A program made the translations under genes and the position numbers. A stretch of DNA of 64,000 nt from a virus (lineage: Duplodnaviria > Caudoviricetes): the IMG/VR virus record IMGVR_UViG_3300044981_000214, one strand, 5' to 3'. Below the pieces are notes generated by a model. The model was not told the DNA's origin. It worked only from the letters and a program-made list of their open reading frames with translations, and searched no databases. The stretch's first letter is position 1. The number at the start of each line of letters is the position of its first letter. This document shows positions 41,265-51,237 of the stretch, one piece after another.

Positions 41265-42631
41265 GGCTTAACCTCATGGCGCTTCATTTCTCGATAAACA
41301 CGCTTGGTTTCTACATCCTCGCGATCGACAGGCTTGTGCTTGTTAGCATATTTCTCAACACCGCTCTTAACTCTAGCTATCGTGTTGCCTGTGAAGATGC
41401 GCCTGAACCCAGTCCCATCGTCAAGCAATCCTTCAAATTTGCGTTGCGGGTTAAGGTCTGCATTAGGACGTACAATAACAGCAAAACCGTTAATCGTGTC
41501 CTCCCAGCTGTCTGGGTTTTCCTCGGTCCATTCGGAGAGCATCCGTCTACGTCGTGTAGGTTTCTTATGTCGCCCCAACGCAACCGCAGCACGTTTCCTA
41601 GTGTAATAATACGCACCGTACCCCAACAGCCCCAGTCCAACAATCGCGCCTGCGATCGTTGCATAATGCCAAAATACACCCCACGGGCTTCCAGAAGCGC
41701 GATCAGGGCCAGGATCCTGTGCATCAGAGCCCGGGTCAGCTCCACTTGAGTCACTTGGCGGTGGTATCAGCGCCATATCTGTAGAGTTATCCCCGCCGCT
41801 GTCCGAGCTACATACAGGCATGTCAGCGGGCCATACAGGGCGATTGGTAGCTATGCCATTGACATAGCCCGGATTCGCATAGGCTTGAAGTGCTCGTTGT
41901 ATTAACGCTTGGCCGTCAGTAGAAGCATAAGAAAAAGGGTATCGCTTTAATACTGCCAATCGATAATGATCTACACCTGGAAGCAAGCCTACCCAAAAAC
42001 AACCATTTGGGACTGGAGTAGCGCAGCCCTTCTGATCGCAACACATTGCGTAGTTGTTGATGACGTTCGGGATACTCGGGAAATACTTTTGATACTCCCA
42101 ACCGTCTTGGTCGTTGCCACCACCAGTGAAGTTGTTGCTCTGCCCGGAGAGCACAAAATTAGCAATGATCGCAGCGAGAAAAGACGGGTCCTGAGATGAA
42201 GAGGTCCATCTCCCAGTTGACCCTCCTTGAATTTCGCCGAATAGACCACTATGAGATGTCAAAACGAGCTGAGATACAGTTTGCCCTCGCTGGGCAGCCT
42301 GATTGACGGTTGTTTCGGCTAATGCAACACGTGTCTCGGCCGTCGAGGCTCCAACTTCACTTTGAATATTTCTTGCTAGAGCATAAACGTCCGCTGATAA
42401 AGCTTGACTACTAGGCCATTCAGGCAACCCTGAAGCTTGAAGCTGTTGCTCGGCTGCGGCACGTAAAGCTTCAGGGTTACACGGTATATCGCCTGCTGCA
42501 TTAAGTGCACAACCCGAACTGATGCTAGCTTCATAGTTCGGTTGACCTACAAGCGGCGCTAATTGGCTATGCCAAGTAGGGTAACAAGTAGGATCGGCGT
42601 CACCAAAATAGCCGAAATGACCCCATCGCAT
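41261..42631 (-). CDS. SleB-like cell wall hydrolase domain + TM + extra C-terminal domain
   Basis: YALARNIQSEVG...RVALAETTVNQA; MRWGHFGYFGD leader. Confidence 0.65.
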   Translation of the reverse strand: MRWGHFGYFGDADPTCYPTWHSQLAPLVGQPNYEASISSGCALNAAGDIPCNPEALRAAAEQQLQASGLPEWPSSQALSADVYALARNIQSEVGASTAETRVALAETTVNQAAQRGQTVSQLVLTSHSGLFGEIQGGSTGRWTSSSQDPSFLAAIIANFVLSGQSNNFTGGGNDQDGWEYQKYFPSIPNVINNYAMCCDQKGCATPVPNGCFWVGLLPGVDHYRLAVLKRYPFSYASTDGQALIQRALQAYANPGYVNGIATNRPVWPADMPVCSSDSGGDNSTDMALIPPPSDSSGADPGSDAQDPGPDRASGSPWGVFWHYATIAGAIVGLGLLGYGAYYYTRKRAAVALGRHKKPTRRRRMLSEWTEENPDSWEDTINGFAVIVRPNADLNPQRKFEGLLDDGTGFRRIFTGNTIARVKSGVEKYANKHKPVDREDVETKRVYREMKRHEVKP

Positions 42632-42651
42632 GAGAGCTAGTGTATCACAGC

Positions 42652-42680
42652 TTGACGGTCTATCGACTTAACTATATGAT
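42652..42680 (+). promoter_or_regulatory. sigma70 promoter
   Basis: TTGACG-N17-TATGAT; GGAG RBS before 42710. Confidence 0.65.
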
Positions 42681-42709
42681 GCTGCTCAATAACTAGGAGT
42701 TAATGAAAA

Positions 42710-43221
42710 ATGCCCCGCGCACAACAGCAACAACAAACTGACGATAACTATGAAATCGTTCCCAATAATGAACGAACACCGGCCATGCTACGAGAAATAG
42801 CCCAGCGAACCAAACTTCGTACATTGGCTGATATGTCTGAGACTGAGATACGTGCACTTGAAAAATTGTACGGTGCTAAGATCATAAGGCCATCGAAACG
42901 TAAGACTAAGCGAGTTAGACTCGTGAAATAATGTCTTCTACGGAAATCGCACCTATAGCTATCGCTTTCGCTGACCTGATCGACCGCATCAAAGCAGTCT
43001 GCCCGGAGGCAGCATTACTCGGTGAAGGGCCGTCGATCGGGATTGCGAACCCAAAAAGCATTTTGCCGCCCGGGACGCTAATTCTAGACGATTTGATGTT
43101 CAAAGCGGAATGCAGCGAAATATTTTCTCGATTCGATATTCCACATTACAAAGAAGCTGACGGGGTCCTGATTATGCGACCCAAGCCAATACCTCGCCCG
43201 CAAGAAGACAACGGGAACTGA
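42710..43221 (+). other. Two hypothetical genes (42710..42931, 42931..43221)
   Basis: TAATG-coupled ORFs. Confidence 0.6.
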
Positions 43222-43227
43222 AGGTGA

Positions 43228-43461
43228 CTATATGAGGTCGTCATATTTCCCAGTATCTTCTCGTGGCCCTACAATTCGAGAAGGAAATATCCAATATCGA
43301 TCAGGGTGTCTGTGTAACAAATAGTATCTCGGGTCATCCCGATCGTGACAGCGTAACGCATACCCTGCGTTTTCTGCAATTGTGCTAGCCAAATCATGTT
43401 GCCCAACATGTAGGCAAGCTTGCAAGGCGTGCAGCAGTTCAAGAATAGATTCGAAGGTCAT
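43228..43461 (-). CDS. ALQA-module family protein
   Basis: LELLHALQACLHVGQHDLASTIAENAGY. Confidence 0.72.
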   Translation of the reverse strand: MTFESILELLHALQACLHVGQHDLASTIAENAGYALRCHDRDDPRYYLLHRHPDRYWIFPSRIVGPREDTGKYDDLI

Positions 43462-43757
43462 TAGAATAACTTCTGACGTTCATAACCGTAGGACATTCTA
43501 TACACGCCATCAGCTGTTATACGATAGGATAACTTCCATAAATGTTCCTGCCGGTGGATCGTGTAATAATGTTGGCTAAGCCAATTCTCGTTGGTCCACT
43601 CACTAAACACCCATCCTGCATCCTCTGCAAGCGCGTGAGCCAATTTGGGCTGCCTAGCGTTGAAACAAGCTTGGAGCGCGTGCAGTAGCTCAAGTAGCTT
43701 GTTGTTCTCCTCAAGGATTGTAGATGTGGCCTGTTCTGTCATAGCTGACAATTTCAT
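43461..43757 (-). CDS. ALQA-module family protein
   Basis: LELLHALQACFNARQPKLAHALAEDAGW. Confidence 0.72.
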   Translation of the reverse strand: MKLSAMTEQATSTILEENNKLLELLHALQACFNARQPKLAHALAEDAGWVFSEWTNENWLSQHYYTIHRQEHLWKLSYRITADGVYRMSYGYERQKLF

Positions 43758-43962
43758 CCATGTAGACCACGTGACGTGGACGAGGGTTTGCCTTCCCTAC
43801 TTCCTTTATAGGCCGTAGTTCATAACACCGTTGCCCTTGATTATCCCACAACGCTATCAGCCACCATCCATAATCATGGACTATGCACCTTGCTAAGTTA
43901 TACGATTCTCCAGTACGGAGAAGCGCTTGTACCGCTTGGAGTAACTCGTTAGAGAGCGTCAT
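43711..43962 (-). CDS. ALQA-module family protein
   Basis: NELLQAVQALLRTGESYNLARCIVHDYGW. Confidence 0.72.
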   Translation of the reverse strand: MTLSNELLQAVQALLRTGESYNLARCIVHDYGWWLIALWDNQGQRCYELRPIKEVGKANPRPRHVVYMDEIVSYDRTGHIYNP

Positions 43963-44288
43963 GTAAGTGTAGTAGCTTCACCCGCTAACACCCAATTGTC
44001 CGCTAGGCTTCTCCGTGATAAAAATATAACCCGATTCTGATCTGGATTGACTAGATATCCTCTATTGTCAGAGGTCATGATCCAATTTCTTGGCCCGCGA
44101 ATACTCAACGGAGCCCAACGAGTGAATACATGATCGGTACTTGTACCTGATGCAGTTCCCCAGTCAGCGAACGTCAAACGCCAATTAAGCGCTACAGCAA
44201 ACACCATCGCTTCAGCGCGCTTGATATGAATTAACGCCTGTATAGCGTTTATCAGTTCGATGTCGTTATCAATAACAGAGAGACTCAT
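43959..44288 (-). CDS. ALQA-module family protein
   Basis: IELINAIQALIHIKRAEAMVFAVALNW. Confidence 0.68.
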   Translation of the reverse strand: MSLSVIDNDIELINAIQALIHIKRAEAMVFAVALNWRLTFADWGTASGTSTDHVFTRWAPLSIRGPRNWIMTSDNRGYLVNPDQNRVIFLSRRSLADNWVLAGEATTLT

Positions 44289-44737
44289 TTTAGTTCTCGC
44301 TCTGGATCGCCGATAGCACGTCGTAGGAGATTAGCTAAGCCGTTAGCCAACGGTGCGGTCCAGAATGTCGTCTTGCGTGCGTTCGTCAGTTTGTCTAGGA
44401 CCTTTATGATTTCACGAATCGACTCGGCCGTAGTAGGATAATGCGCGCCACAGGCGTCAGCTACTGCTGTTGTAGCCCTTCTGGCAATTTCTTTCTGTTG
44501 GTTCTGTTCTAGTTCTCTCAGATTCAACCACGGACGGTCATCCATACCACTGCCCCAACACTTGTCACAGACGTCGACCGACATAGCTTGCCCGCCTATT
44601 CCCCTGCGCCATCCAGAGGTATTCCCGTACATCTTAGTGCCTAAGCCTGCACACTGTTCGCACGCGTCATCTTCGTTCCGAATGCCTCGCTGTCGCAGTA
44701 GGTCTCGCCAGGCTTCGTCGTAATCGGCGCTACTCAT
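44285..44737 (-). CDS. DnaJ-type Zn-finger protein
   Basis: CEQCAGLG...CDKCWGSG. Confidence 0.65.
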   Translation of the reverse strand: MSSADYDEAWRDLLRQRGIRNEDDACEQCAGLGTKMYGNTSGWRRGIGGQAMSVDVCDKCWGSGMDDRPWLNLRELEQNQQKEIARRATTAVADACGAHYPTTAESIREIIKVLDKLTNARKTTFWTAPLANGLANLLRRAIGDPERELK

Positions 44738-45021
44738 TTGTAGTCCTCTTCTTTAGTTGAGATTACAAACTTTATGCGTTCGGAGCTTACTGAGAAGGTT
44801 TCAGGAATAACCGCGGATCCATTGGACATTTCCAGTTCCTGTTGTTTCTGTAATAATAAACAAAAGGACGATGCATCCATGAACGGGATCACACGCCACC
44901 CAGCAGCTCTGGCTATAGCGTCGGCTTGGTCGTAGTGTCGAATCTTCAGCAAAGCTTGAATAGCGTTAAGGAGTTCGTCATCCATGAAATGAAGAGGGAT
45001 CGAGTAAATCTGTAAAATCAT
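44734..45021 (-). CDS. ALQA-module family protein
   Basis: DELLNAIQALLKIRHYDQADAIARAAGW. Confidence 0.72.
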   Translation of the reverse strand: MILQIYSIPLHFMDDELLNAIQALLKIRHYDQADAIARAAGWRVIPFMDASSFCLLLQKQQELEMSNGSAVIPETFSVSSERIKFVISTKEEDYK

Positions 45022-45211
45022 CGGGGCTGATCATAATGATGTGTTCGCGGTTCCAACTATTACCGGCTTGTGCAATACGTAGGTACCATCCATCAGAATA
45101 TTTCCAAGCTTGAGCCTCCCAGCCGGCAAATACAGCCAAGTCTTTGGCTTGGCTTATCTCGCCAAGCTTTAACAAAGCTTGAATCGCGTGGATAAGCTCG
45201 ATCGGGAGCAA
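44978..45211 (-). CDS. ALQA-module family protein
   Basis: LPIELIHAIQALLKLGEISQAKDLAVFAGW. Confidence 0.72.
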   Translation of the reverse strand: MLPIELIHAIQALLKLGEISQAKDLAVFAGWEAQAWKYSDGWYLRIAQAGNSWNREHIIMISPDDFTDLLDPSSFHG

Positions 45212-45217
45212 ACCATC

Positions 45218-46398
45218 TTACTTTCGAGCTTGAAGCTTCGGACGTACCTTTGAGGCTCCTGTGCGAGGCATTTTCTTCACAACTTTACGTGCCACGCGTG
45301 AATTTATCACCGGCTGACTCGCCGCGGTGGTGGAGCCTATTTTCTTATGGTGGCTGCGTTTGGCAGGAACGAGTTGAGTATTGGCTTGCTTGGTTGGTTG
45401 CTTATTTCTCAAGTATGCAGAGACATCAGGAGGGTCTTTAGCGTTGCCCTCTTGTGTATGGAAAACGTCGCAGGCAAGCTTTGCTGAATCGAAGGCCATC
45501 TGGGCGTCGCGTCTGGTAAGGGCGCAGTTATGCCAGGCATCGCGTGCAAGTATGTCCTGCCAATAGGCGACTTTACAAGTCAGGTTAGGACAGCCTTTCG
45601 CTGCATCACCAGCTTTTCGAGCCGCTTCGATTTTCTGTTTTAGCCGTTCGGCTGTGCGTGCCCATTCTTCAGATAACCGTAGGGCTTGTTCGAGGTCTTC
45701 TTGGAGCGTTTTTGGGGGCTTGAGGGTGTGGAGGGTCATCGCATCCCTATCTTTTTTGAATTGATTCGGGTTCTCGAACAAGGCCACCCGTTGTCATCCT
45801 GTTGACAAGTTGTTTCTATACTGGGCATATTAGGACGGTACAAGACCCAAATATCAGAACTGTGATAAGGCCATCTGGCAACTCCGCCTGATTTCAGCAT
45901 CACCATTGTCTTTGCTGCAGATTGATATCCGACTTCGAGAGGAACCAGTCGAGGTCCAACGGTAATTATTGGTCCCGGTACTAATTGCTTAGTCTTTACT
46001 ATAGACCCTCCAAGGTGAATATGATCATACCATCCGAAATTACCGTCATGATCATCATTACCGCCTTGGAAATTTGCGTAGAATTGAGGCGATAACTGTT
46101 CAAGCTTGGCGTTGTTCTCCTCTGTAGCCCTGTCGTTGCCAGGAGTCTCGCCAAGAGATATTCGGGCTATGCGTGTCCGTCCTCGCATAATATCGGCATA
46201 GACCAAAATGAATGCATAAGCATCAGTAAACGTAATAGGCCAACGATCCCATTTTTGGAATATTGCATCTACAAGCGCAGGTTCATAAGGTTTCTTGGCA
46301 TTCAATTTACTTAACACTTGTGCGATCGTTGTTGCCAATTCAGGTTCAACAGCAAGTCTTTTGGACATTGCAGCTTCAAGTTCAGTCTCATAGCTCAT
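45218..46398 (-). other. Two hypothetical genes (45218..45787, 45736..46398)
   Basis: Co-directional ORFs downstream of the recombinase. Confidence 0.6.
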
Positions 46399-46404
46399 CG
46401 TGTT

Positions 46405-47403
46405 CTATCCTAGTTCCTTAGGCAAAATGCCTGCGGCAGATGTATTCGTTAGATCTGTTGTGTAATGGTCGATGATAGCGTCTGATAGTTGACCCGTAAT
46501 TCGCTTGATTTGATATATAGGAACGCCTCGTGCAACCATGTAACTAATAAACGAGTGACGCATTACGTGAGGGGTTACACCTGTGACTCCTGCAAGACGG
46601 GCTCTTTTTTTTACAGCTTCATATATACCTTCATCTGTAAGCGGCCCTACGAGTTCATCGCTGTTGCGTTTGAATGCTCTAAAAAACGGCCCTGTATTAA
46701 CCCCGTATCGTTTAATTAACACGTCTTGCCATGCGTTTACAGCCTTTATACAAGCTGCATCAAGAGGTACCTCCCAACGACGCTTCCCCTTAAGCTGAAT
46801 CTCTACAACCGCCTCTTTGGTTCTGTACGAAGTTTTGAAGTCCGTGAGTAGAATGCCTGCCATACCTGATCTACGCATTCCTGTCCGAAAACCAAGGACT
46901 AGTATCGCAAAGTCTCTTACATCTCTCGGATTATTACTCCGACAGGTATTTAATATAGCAGCTGCGGAAGACTCAGGAATAGCATACCTATTCTTTTTAC
47001 TCTCTTCCTTCTTTAGTTTAAGCCCGTCGGCGAAGTCATATTTGGCTATACTCTCCCCCGCTCGTTTGACACGTAACGCGTAGGCTCTAGAAACCCAACG
47101 AATGGCCTTAGTATAAAGGAGTACGCTTTGTGGGCTTAGCGGCGCAGGCGCTCGTCGTCTACGGTCACTGCTTATTAGGTTAAGTTCAAGGCCCGAGGCT
47201 GACAATTTCTTTCGCCAATCCTGTACGGCTGCAGTTGTCCAGTCTTTGCGTGCCCCACCAGCAAAGGCTATAAAGTCTCGGATTGCACGTTCATACAGGC
47301 GAGATGTTTCAGGGCTAAAGTCGTCTTTATTAGCTTCTAATGTCGTTAACAGAGTCTCCGTCGGCACGGCTTTTACCCTCTCATAGCGAAACCCTAAAGT
47401 CAA
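46405..47403 (-). CDS. Tyrosine recombinase (XerC/D-like)
   Basis: TGMRR, LKGK, HVMRH, ITGQ..IDHY. Confidence 0.88.
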   Translation of the reverse strand: MTLGFRYERVKAVPTETLLTTLEANKDDFSPETSRLYERAIRDFIAFAGGARKDWTTAAVQDWRKKLSASGLELNLISSDRRRRAPAPLSPQSVLLYTKAIRWVSRAYALRVKRAGESIAKYDFADGLKLKKEESKKNRYAIPESSAAAILNTCRSNNPRDVRDFAILVLGFRTGMRRSGMAGILLTDFKTSYRTKEAVVEIQLKGKRRWEVPLDAACIKAVNAWQDVLIKRYGVNTGPFFRAFKRNSDELVGPLTDEGIYEAVKKRARLAGVTGVTPHVMRHSFISYMVARGVPIYQIKRITGQLSDAIIDHYTTDLTNTSAAGILPKELG

Positions 47404-47525
47404 CCCTGATAACTTGAATTACCAGGGTACCCTCCGGATGTAGTAAATGCCTGAAATCATTAAGGAATTTGATCATCTCAGTTATGCGATTATTGTAACG
47501 TCTCAGAACTGCTAAGCTAAATGAA

Positions 47526-47900
47526 ATGGGCCGCAGCGGACCAATCCCTCGTGAGAACGCTTTTTATCGCCTCGCTCCGCGTGATGGCCGCGTGCTGCCC
47601 GTAGTATATGCAACGAAGAAAAACGGGCCGCCGTACGTGTTGTGGCCAGGGCCAGCTGAGCATTTAAGAGAAGGCGATCTAGGATATTTCAAGCGCCACC
47701 CGCTTGCCGGCTACCGCGGTTATATCCCAGTGTTGAAACTTGCCGCAATGGACTATGGTCTTGCTGCAGCAGAAGACCTTGAACGACGTTTAGTAGTTAT
47801 ACCTATCGATGGCGATACCTGGAATTGGGATCGCGCTAACTTGTACTTGATTGCGCGCCGTGACTACTTTTTGCTTTCTCACAATCGACCGTCACGATAG
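47526..47900 (+). CDS. Degenerate HNH-like protein
   Basis: VIPIDGDTWNWDRANL resembles HNH_3 without the His. Confidence 0.5.
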   Translation: MGRSGPIPRENAFYRLAPRDGRVLPVVYATKKNGPPYVLWPGPAEHLREGDLGYFKRHPLAGYRGYIPVLKLAAMDYGLAAAEDLERRLVVIPIDGDTWNWDRANLYLIARRDYFLLSHNRPSR

Positions 47901-48684
47901 GGTTGGGATACGCTCATGAAGAAAAAGCCTAAGTACTGGCGCCACACCGGAGGCGGTTGTGGGCTGACAACGTCGTCGAGACATCCTTGTGACGAAAGCT
48001 ACGAACGTGGCAGCGAACGCGTGACGGTGCTAACGACGTTTGATAGGCACTGGAACATGCCCGAACGTGTCGTGTCGTTATCGCAACTTAAGCGGCTGAA
48101 GGGCGTTGGCACAATCAAGAAAGAGAAATAAGACCTGCTACTTCATCAGTAACGTACGATTGACGACCAAGCGCGTAGCGTGTCGCAGACGATAGCAACG
48201 CGAAAAGGTCACCGCGACCCATAGTAATAGGCATTTGTTTATCGGTCATTTGGGGTACCATAGCCAGTGTCTCTCCGACGGCGACCAATCCCACATCAAA
48301 TTATAAATGTCCGCAGCCGGAAAGTGTCTTTCTGGTGTTGCTGAAACCCATACACGTCCCGATACGCAGCTCGAAATGGAACTTTTGATCTAGATCAAGC
48401 CAGCTCTCAACCGCAGCCTTTGCAATAGCCGCAGAAGCGGTGCAACGCTGGCAGCGCCCGACGTTCAGATTCTCGTCGGTGCAGGTCGTCCTGGCATGCT
48501 CGGGAAGGCAGAGGTCAATGAACTCACGAACCTCTGGGTTCTTGATAAGCCGCAGAAATGCAGCCTCGTAGGCGGCTTCTTTGGCTGCGATACGCTGCGC
48601 CTCCAGCTCGCTACGTCGTTTGAGTTCAGCGTGTAGATCGGCGTCAGTAATTTCTTCTAGCTTGGTCATAAACTACCCCATAGG

Positions 48685-48903
48685 TTAGAAACGCTTGATT
48701 TGCGAACTTTCACGCTGCCACCACTCCGCCTTCGTCGGCACTTCGCTAGGCTTGTGATCGCACGCACACCCGGGGCAACACGCCACCTGGGCGCCTGGCT
48801 TACGATCAGGAAGATTAGTCCAGAAAATTGTAGGTGTACGACATGAGAAACAACGCTCGTATGGCGGCTCAGGATCGTCTTGACGCTGGATGGGTACGCT
48901 CAT
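48685..48903 (-). CDS. Small Cys-rich protein, copy 1
   Basis: CFSC...CCPGCAC. Confidence 0.65.
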   Translation of the reverse strand: MSVPIQRQDDPEPPYERCFSCRTPTIFWTNLPDRKPGAQVACCPGCACDHKPSEVPTKAEWWQRESSQIKRF

Positions 48904-49321
48904 ATCAGCTCTACGTTTAACCTAGAAATTCTATTTCATCCAGCCAATTCATTGCCTTGAAGGCGCATCAGGCAAAAGCAGCTGTTGGTTGTTCGGGAAC
49001 AGCAACTCGGCGATCTTCCGAACATGGCGCGGATGAGGACGCCAAGGCTGACGCCGACGCTTGCATCGAAGCATTTAAGAAGACAGCGGATCCAAACACC
49101 ACTCCGCCTTCGTCGGCACTTCGCTAGGCTTGTGATCGCACGCACACCCGGGGCAACACGCCACCTGGGCGCCTGGCTTACGATCAGGAAGATTAGTCCA
49201 GAAAATTGTAGGTGTACGACATGAGAAACAACGCTCGTATGGCGGCTCAGGATCGTCTTGACGCTGGATGGGTACGCTCATATCAGCTCTACGTTTAACC
49301 TAGAAATTCTATTTCATCCAG
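48719..49321. repeat. 225-bp direct repeat (48719-48943, 49097-49321) around a 153-bp unique segment
   Basis: Identical by eye; includes the promoter motif and most of the gene. Confidence 0.92.
49075..49281 (-). CDS. Small Cys-rich protein, copy 2 (different C-terminus)
   Basis: First 61 aa identical to copy 1. Confidence 0.6.
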   Translation of the reverse strand: MSVPIQRQDDPEPPYERCFSCRTPTIFWTNLPDRKPGAQVACCPGCACDHKPSEVPTKAEWCLDPLSS

Positions 49322-49334
49322 GCCCCTATTTCAG

Positions 49335-49376
49335 AAAAAAAAAACGCGAAGTTAGCCCCTCCGGGCCAACTTCGCG
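49335..49376 (-). terminator. Rho-independent terminator
   Basis: CGCGAAGTTGGCCC..GGGCTAACTTCGCG + T10. Confidence 0.85.
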
Positions 49377-49386
49377 AGGTTATAGG

Positions 49387-49446
49387 TTGGACGATTACAC
49401 GTGAAAGATGCTGGACGATTACACGTGAAAGATGTTGGACGATTAC
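49387..49446. repeat. 24-bp tandem repeat x2.5
   Basis: (T/C)TGGACGATTACACGTGAAAGATG. Confidence 0.9.
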
Positions 49447-50096
49447 TATTTCTTGAGCGGTTGCAGCCTCGCGTCGATAGCCTCGGGTCCAACCAATAGC
49501 CACCTTGCCCGCCCAGTCGTACCGAAATTCCAAATGGGAGCGCCAGACCGTTGGATCGCTACGATCGCAGCACTGATTCGAGCGGGGCGTGCACCAATCG
49601 CGGCAACCAGTTCCAAGAGATACATCGGGCGGTAGGAGATCAACTTCCTGACTACCTTATCCAGTTCCTGAGCCGTGCACGACTCACCAATACGCCACGT
49701 CCATGCGGGGCGTTCCTCGGTCCCGAGATTGTAGATCTTCTCGGTCTTGATAGGCTCGACGAGCATCGTCTGGACGCGATTCAACGGGATCCCTAGGCGC
49801 TTCTGTAGGTCCACCGTAGAAAGAATGCCTTCGCTAAGCATGACCTCCAAGGTTTGACCGATGGGTGGAATCGCCTTGAGCACGGGTGCCTTTATTTCCC
49901 TTGTACCTCGTGCCAGTTTCTGACGAAGCGTTGTCAACTCCTCTCGCATATCAGCGAGCGACTGTTCGAGATGCAACATCGTCGGATGTCTGGGGCCTTC
50001 GTTGACGACCTCTTGCGAGTGCTGTTCACTCCCATTGGTCGTCTCGTTGGTCTGTTCGGTGGATTCGGTGGGTTCGATATTATTGCTATTCAGCAT
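49446..50096 (-). CDS. Coiled-coil + tandem winged-HTH-like protein
   Basis: LSTVDLQKRLGIP and MYLLELVAAIGA repeats. Confidence 0.55.
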   Translation of the reverse strand: MLNSNNIEPTESTEQTNETTNGSEQHSQEVVNEGPRHPTMLHLEQSLADMREELTTLRQKLARGTREIKAPVLKAIPPIGQTLEVMLSEGILSTVDLQKRLGIPLNRVQTMLVEPIKTEKIYNLGTEERPAWTWRIGESCTAQELDKVVRKLISYRPMYLLELVAAIGARPARISAAIVAIQRSGAPIWNFGTTGRARWLLVGPEAIDARLQPLKK

Positions 50097-50382
50097 GCGC
50101 TGGCCTTGTGCAGCCGCTGTGCCGTAACCTAGTATTTTGTGATCTCATATATTTATGCGGAAACATATGTAATAACCACTACGCGCATTAGACACACCGC
50201 GCTATAAAGGCCTAGCAGATTAGCAACAACTCAAATTTATTTGGAAATTCCTTACCGTTGAACTACAACTCTTGACTTAGCTTACAAATTTAACGCGCAA
50301 ATTTTCTTCCTCTTCCTTGTCAGATTCGCCCCTCGTGCTGCGTCTGGGTGATTGAGAGACGTAATAAAGGAGGTGGACTAAT

Positions 50383-50733
50383 ATGGAAATCCAAAATCGT
50401 AGCCTGCAACTATGCGGCGACCATACTGTGGCCGACCCGTGGTTCAGCAGGGTCGTGTACGTGAACCAGCACTGCATCGAGCTGGTCGAGTTCGACTCGA
50501 TGCGCGAGGAGTGCCGGGTGAACGGCGCGCTGTACACATGTGACAGCGTAGAGGACATCGCGATCGATACCGGTAGCTGCAAGGCTAGCGAGGCGTTCGA
50601 GCAGCTAACGGGAATGTGGCCCCGCGATTGGGACCGTATGTACCGACGATTGTACTGGTCCGCATGGATGTGTAGTACCTGCCAATGGCGTACGGACTAT
50701 CGTACCTATACCTGCTGGCGGCATAGACACTAG
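50383..50733 (+). CDS. Hypothetical protein
   Basis: Strong AAGGAGG RBS. Confidence 0.6.
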   Translation: MEIQNRSLQLCGDHTVADPWFSRVVYVNQHCIELVEFDSMREECRVNGALYTCDSVEDIAIDTGSCKASEAFEQLTGMWPRDWDRMYRRLYWSAWMCSTCQWRTDYRTYTCWRHRH

Positions 50734-50754
50734 ACGTGGTACGATAAGGAGGTC

Positions 50755-51219
50755 GTGACGAGACCTTCAAAGTTACGTAAGCCTCGGCGTTTGTCGGGTC
50801 AAGAAATAGTCGTGCGCCAGGGCAGCAATAAGGGTACCTTGCTCGCGATTATCGGTGTCGCTGGAATAGTCGGCTTAGCATATTGGCTATGGACGAAATT
50901 AAGCGGCATCGGAATTGGTGGAGGGTCTTCTATCAATAGCGGTAGCGGAAGCAGTCCAAACGGGACTGTTCCAACAGCTCCAACTGCAACCGCTCCGAGT
51001 TCGACAGATTCAAGCCAAGCGTCGCAGCCAGCACTTTGTGCTATCAGATTGTCGTCAACTGGGCTGACAATAAACGGCGTTGCAGCAACGATTGATCAAG
51101 TGTCAAGCTGTACGCAAGGCGCCAATGTAATCGTTTCGGGCGATGCCCGTCAAGGCGACGTTGATGCTCTACAAACAGCACTTAGCGCTAGTGGCATACA
51201 GTTTACTATCAATATCTAA
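50755..51219 (+). CDS. Membrane protein with ExbD/TolR-like C-terminal domain
   Basis: Basic N-terminus, TM, S/T linker, IRLSSTGLTING...VIVSGDARQGDVDALQTALSASGI. Confidence 0.6.
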   Translation: MTRPSKLRKPRRLSGQEIVVRQGSNKGTLLAIIGVAGIVGLAYWLWTKLSGIGIGGGSSINSGSGSSPNGTVPTAPTATAPSSTDSSQASQPALCAIRLSSTGLTINGVAATIDQVSSCTQGANVIVSGDARQGDVDALQTALSASGIQFTINI

Positions 51220-51237
51220 TGATATACTGTAATAACT

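Noticed and set aside
48719-49321. DGR template/variable repeat pair
   Set aside because: The copies look identical with no A-specific mismatches, and there is no reverse transcriptase in the window
49387-49446. Possible mini CRISPR array
   Set aside because: The 24-bp units are contiguous with no spacers, and no cas genes are nearby
50136-50164. dif-like site
   Set aside because: Only a XerC-like half (TTCCGCATAA); no XerD arm
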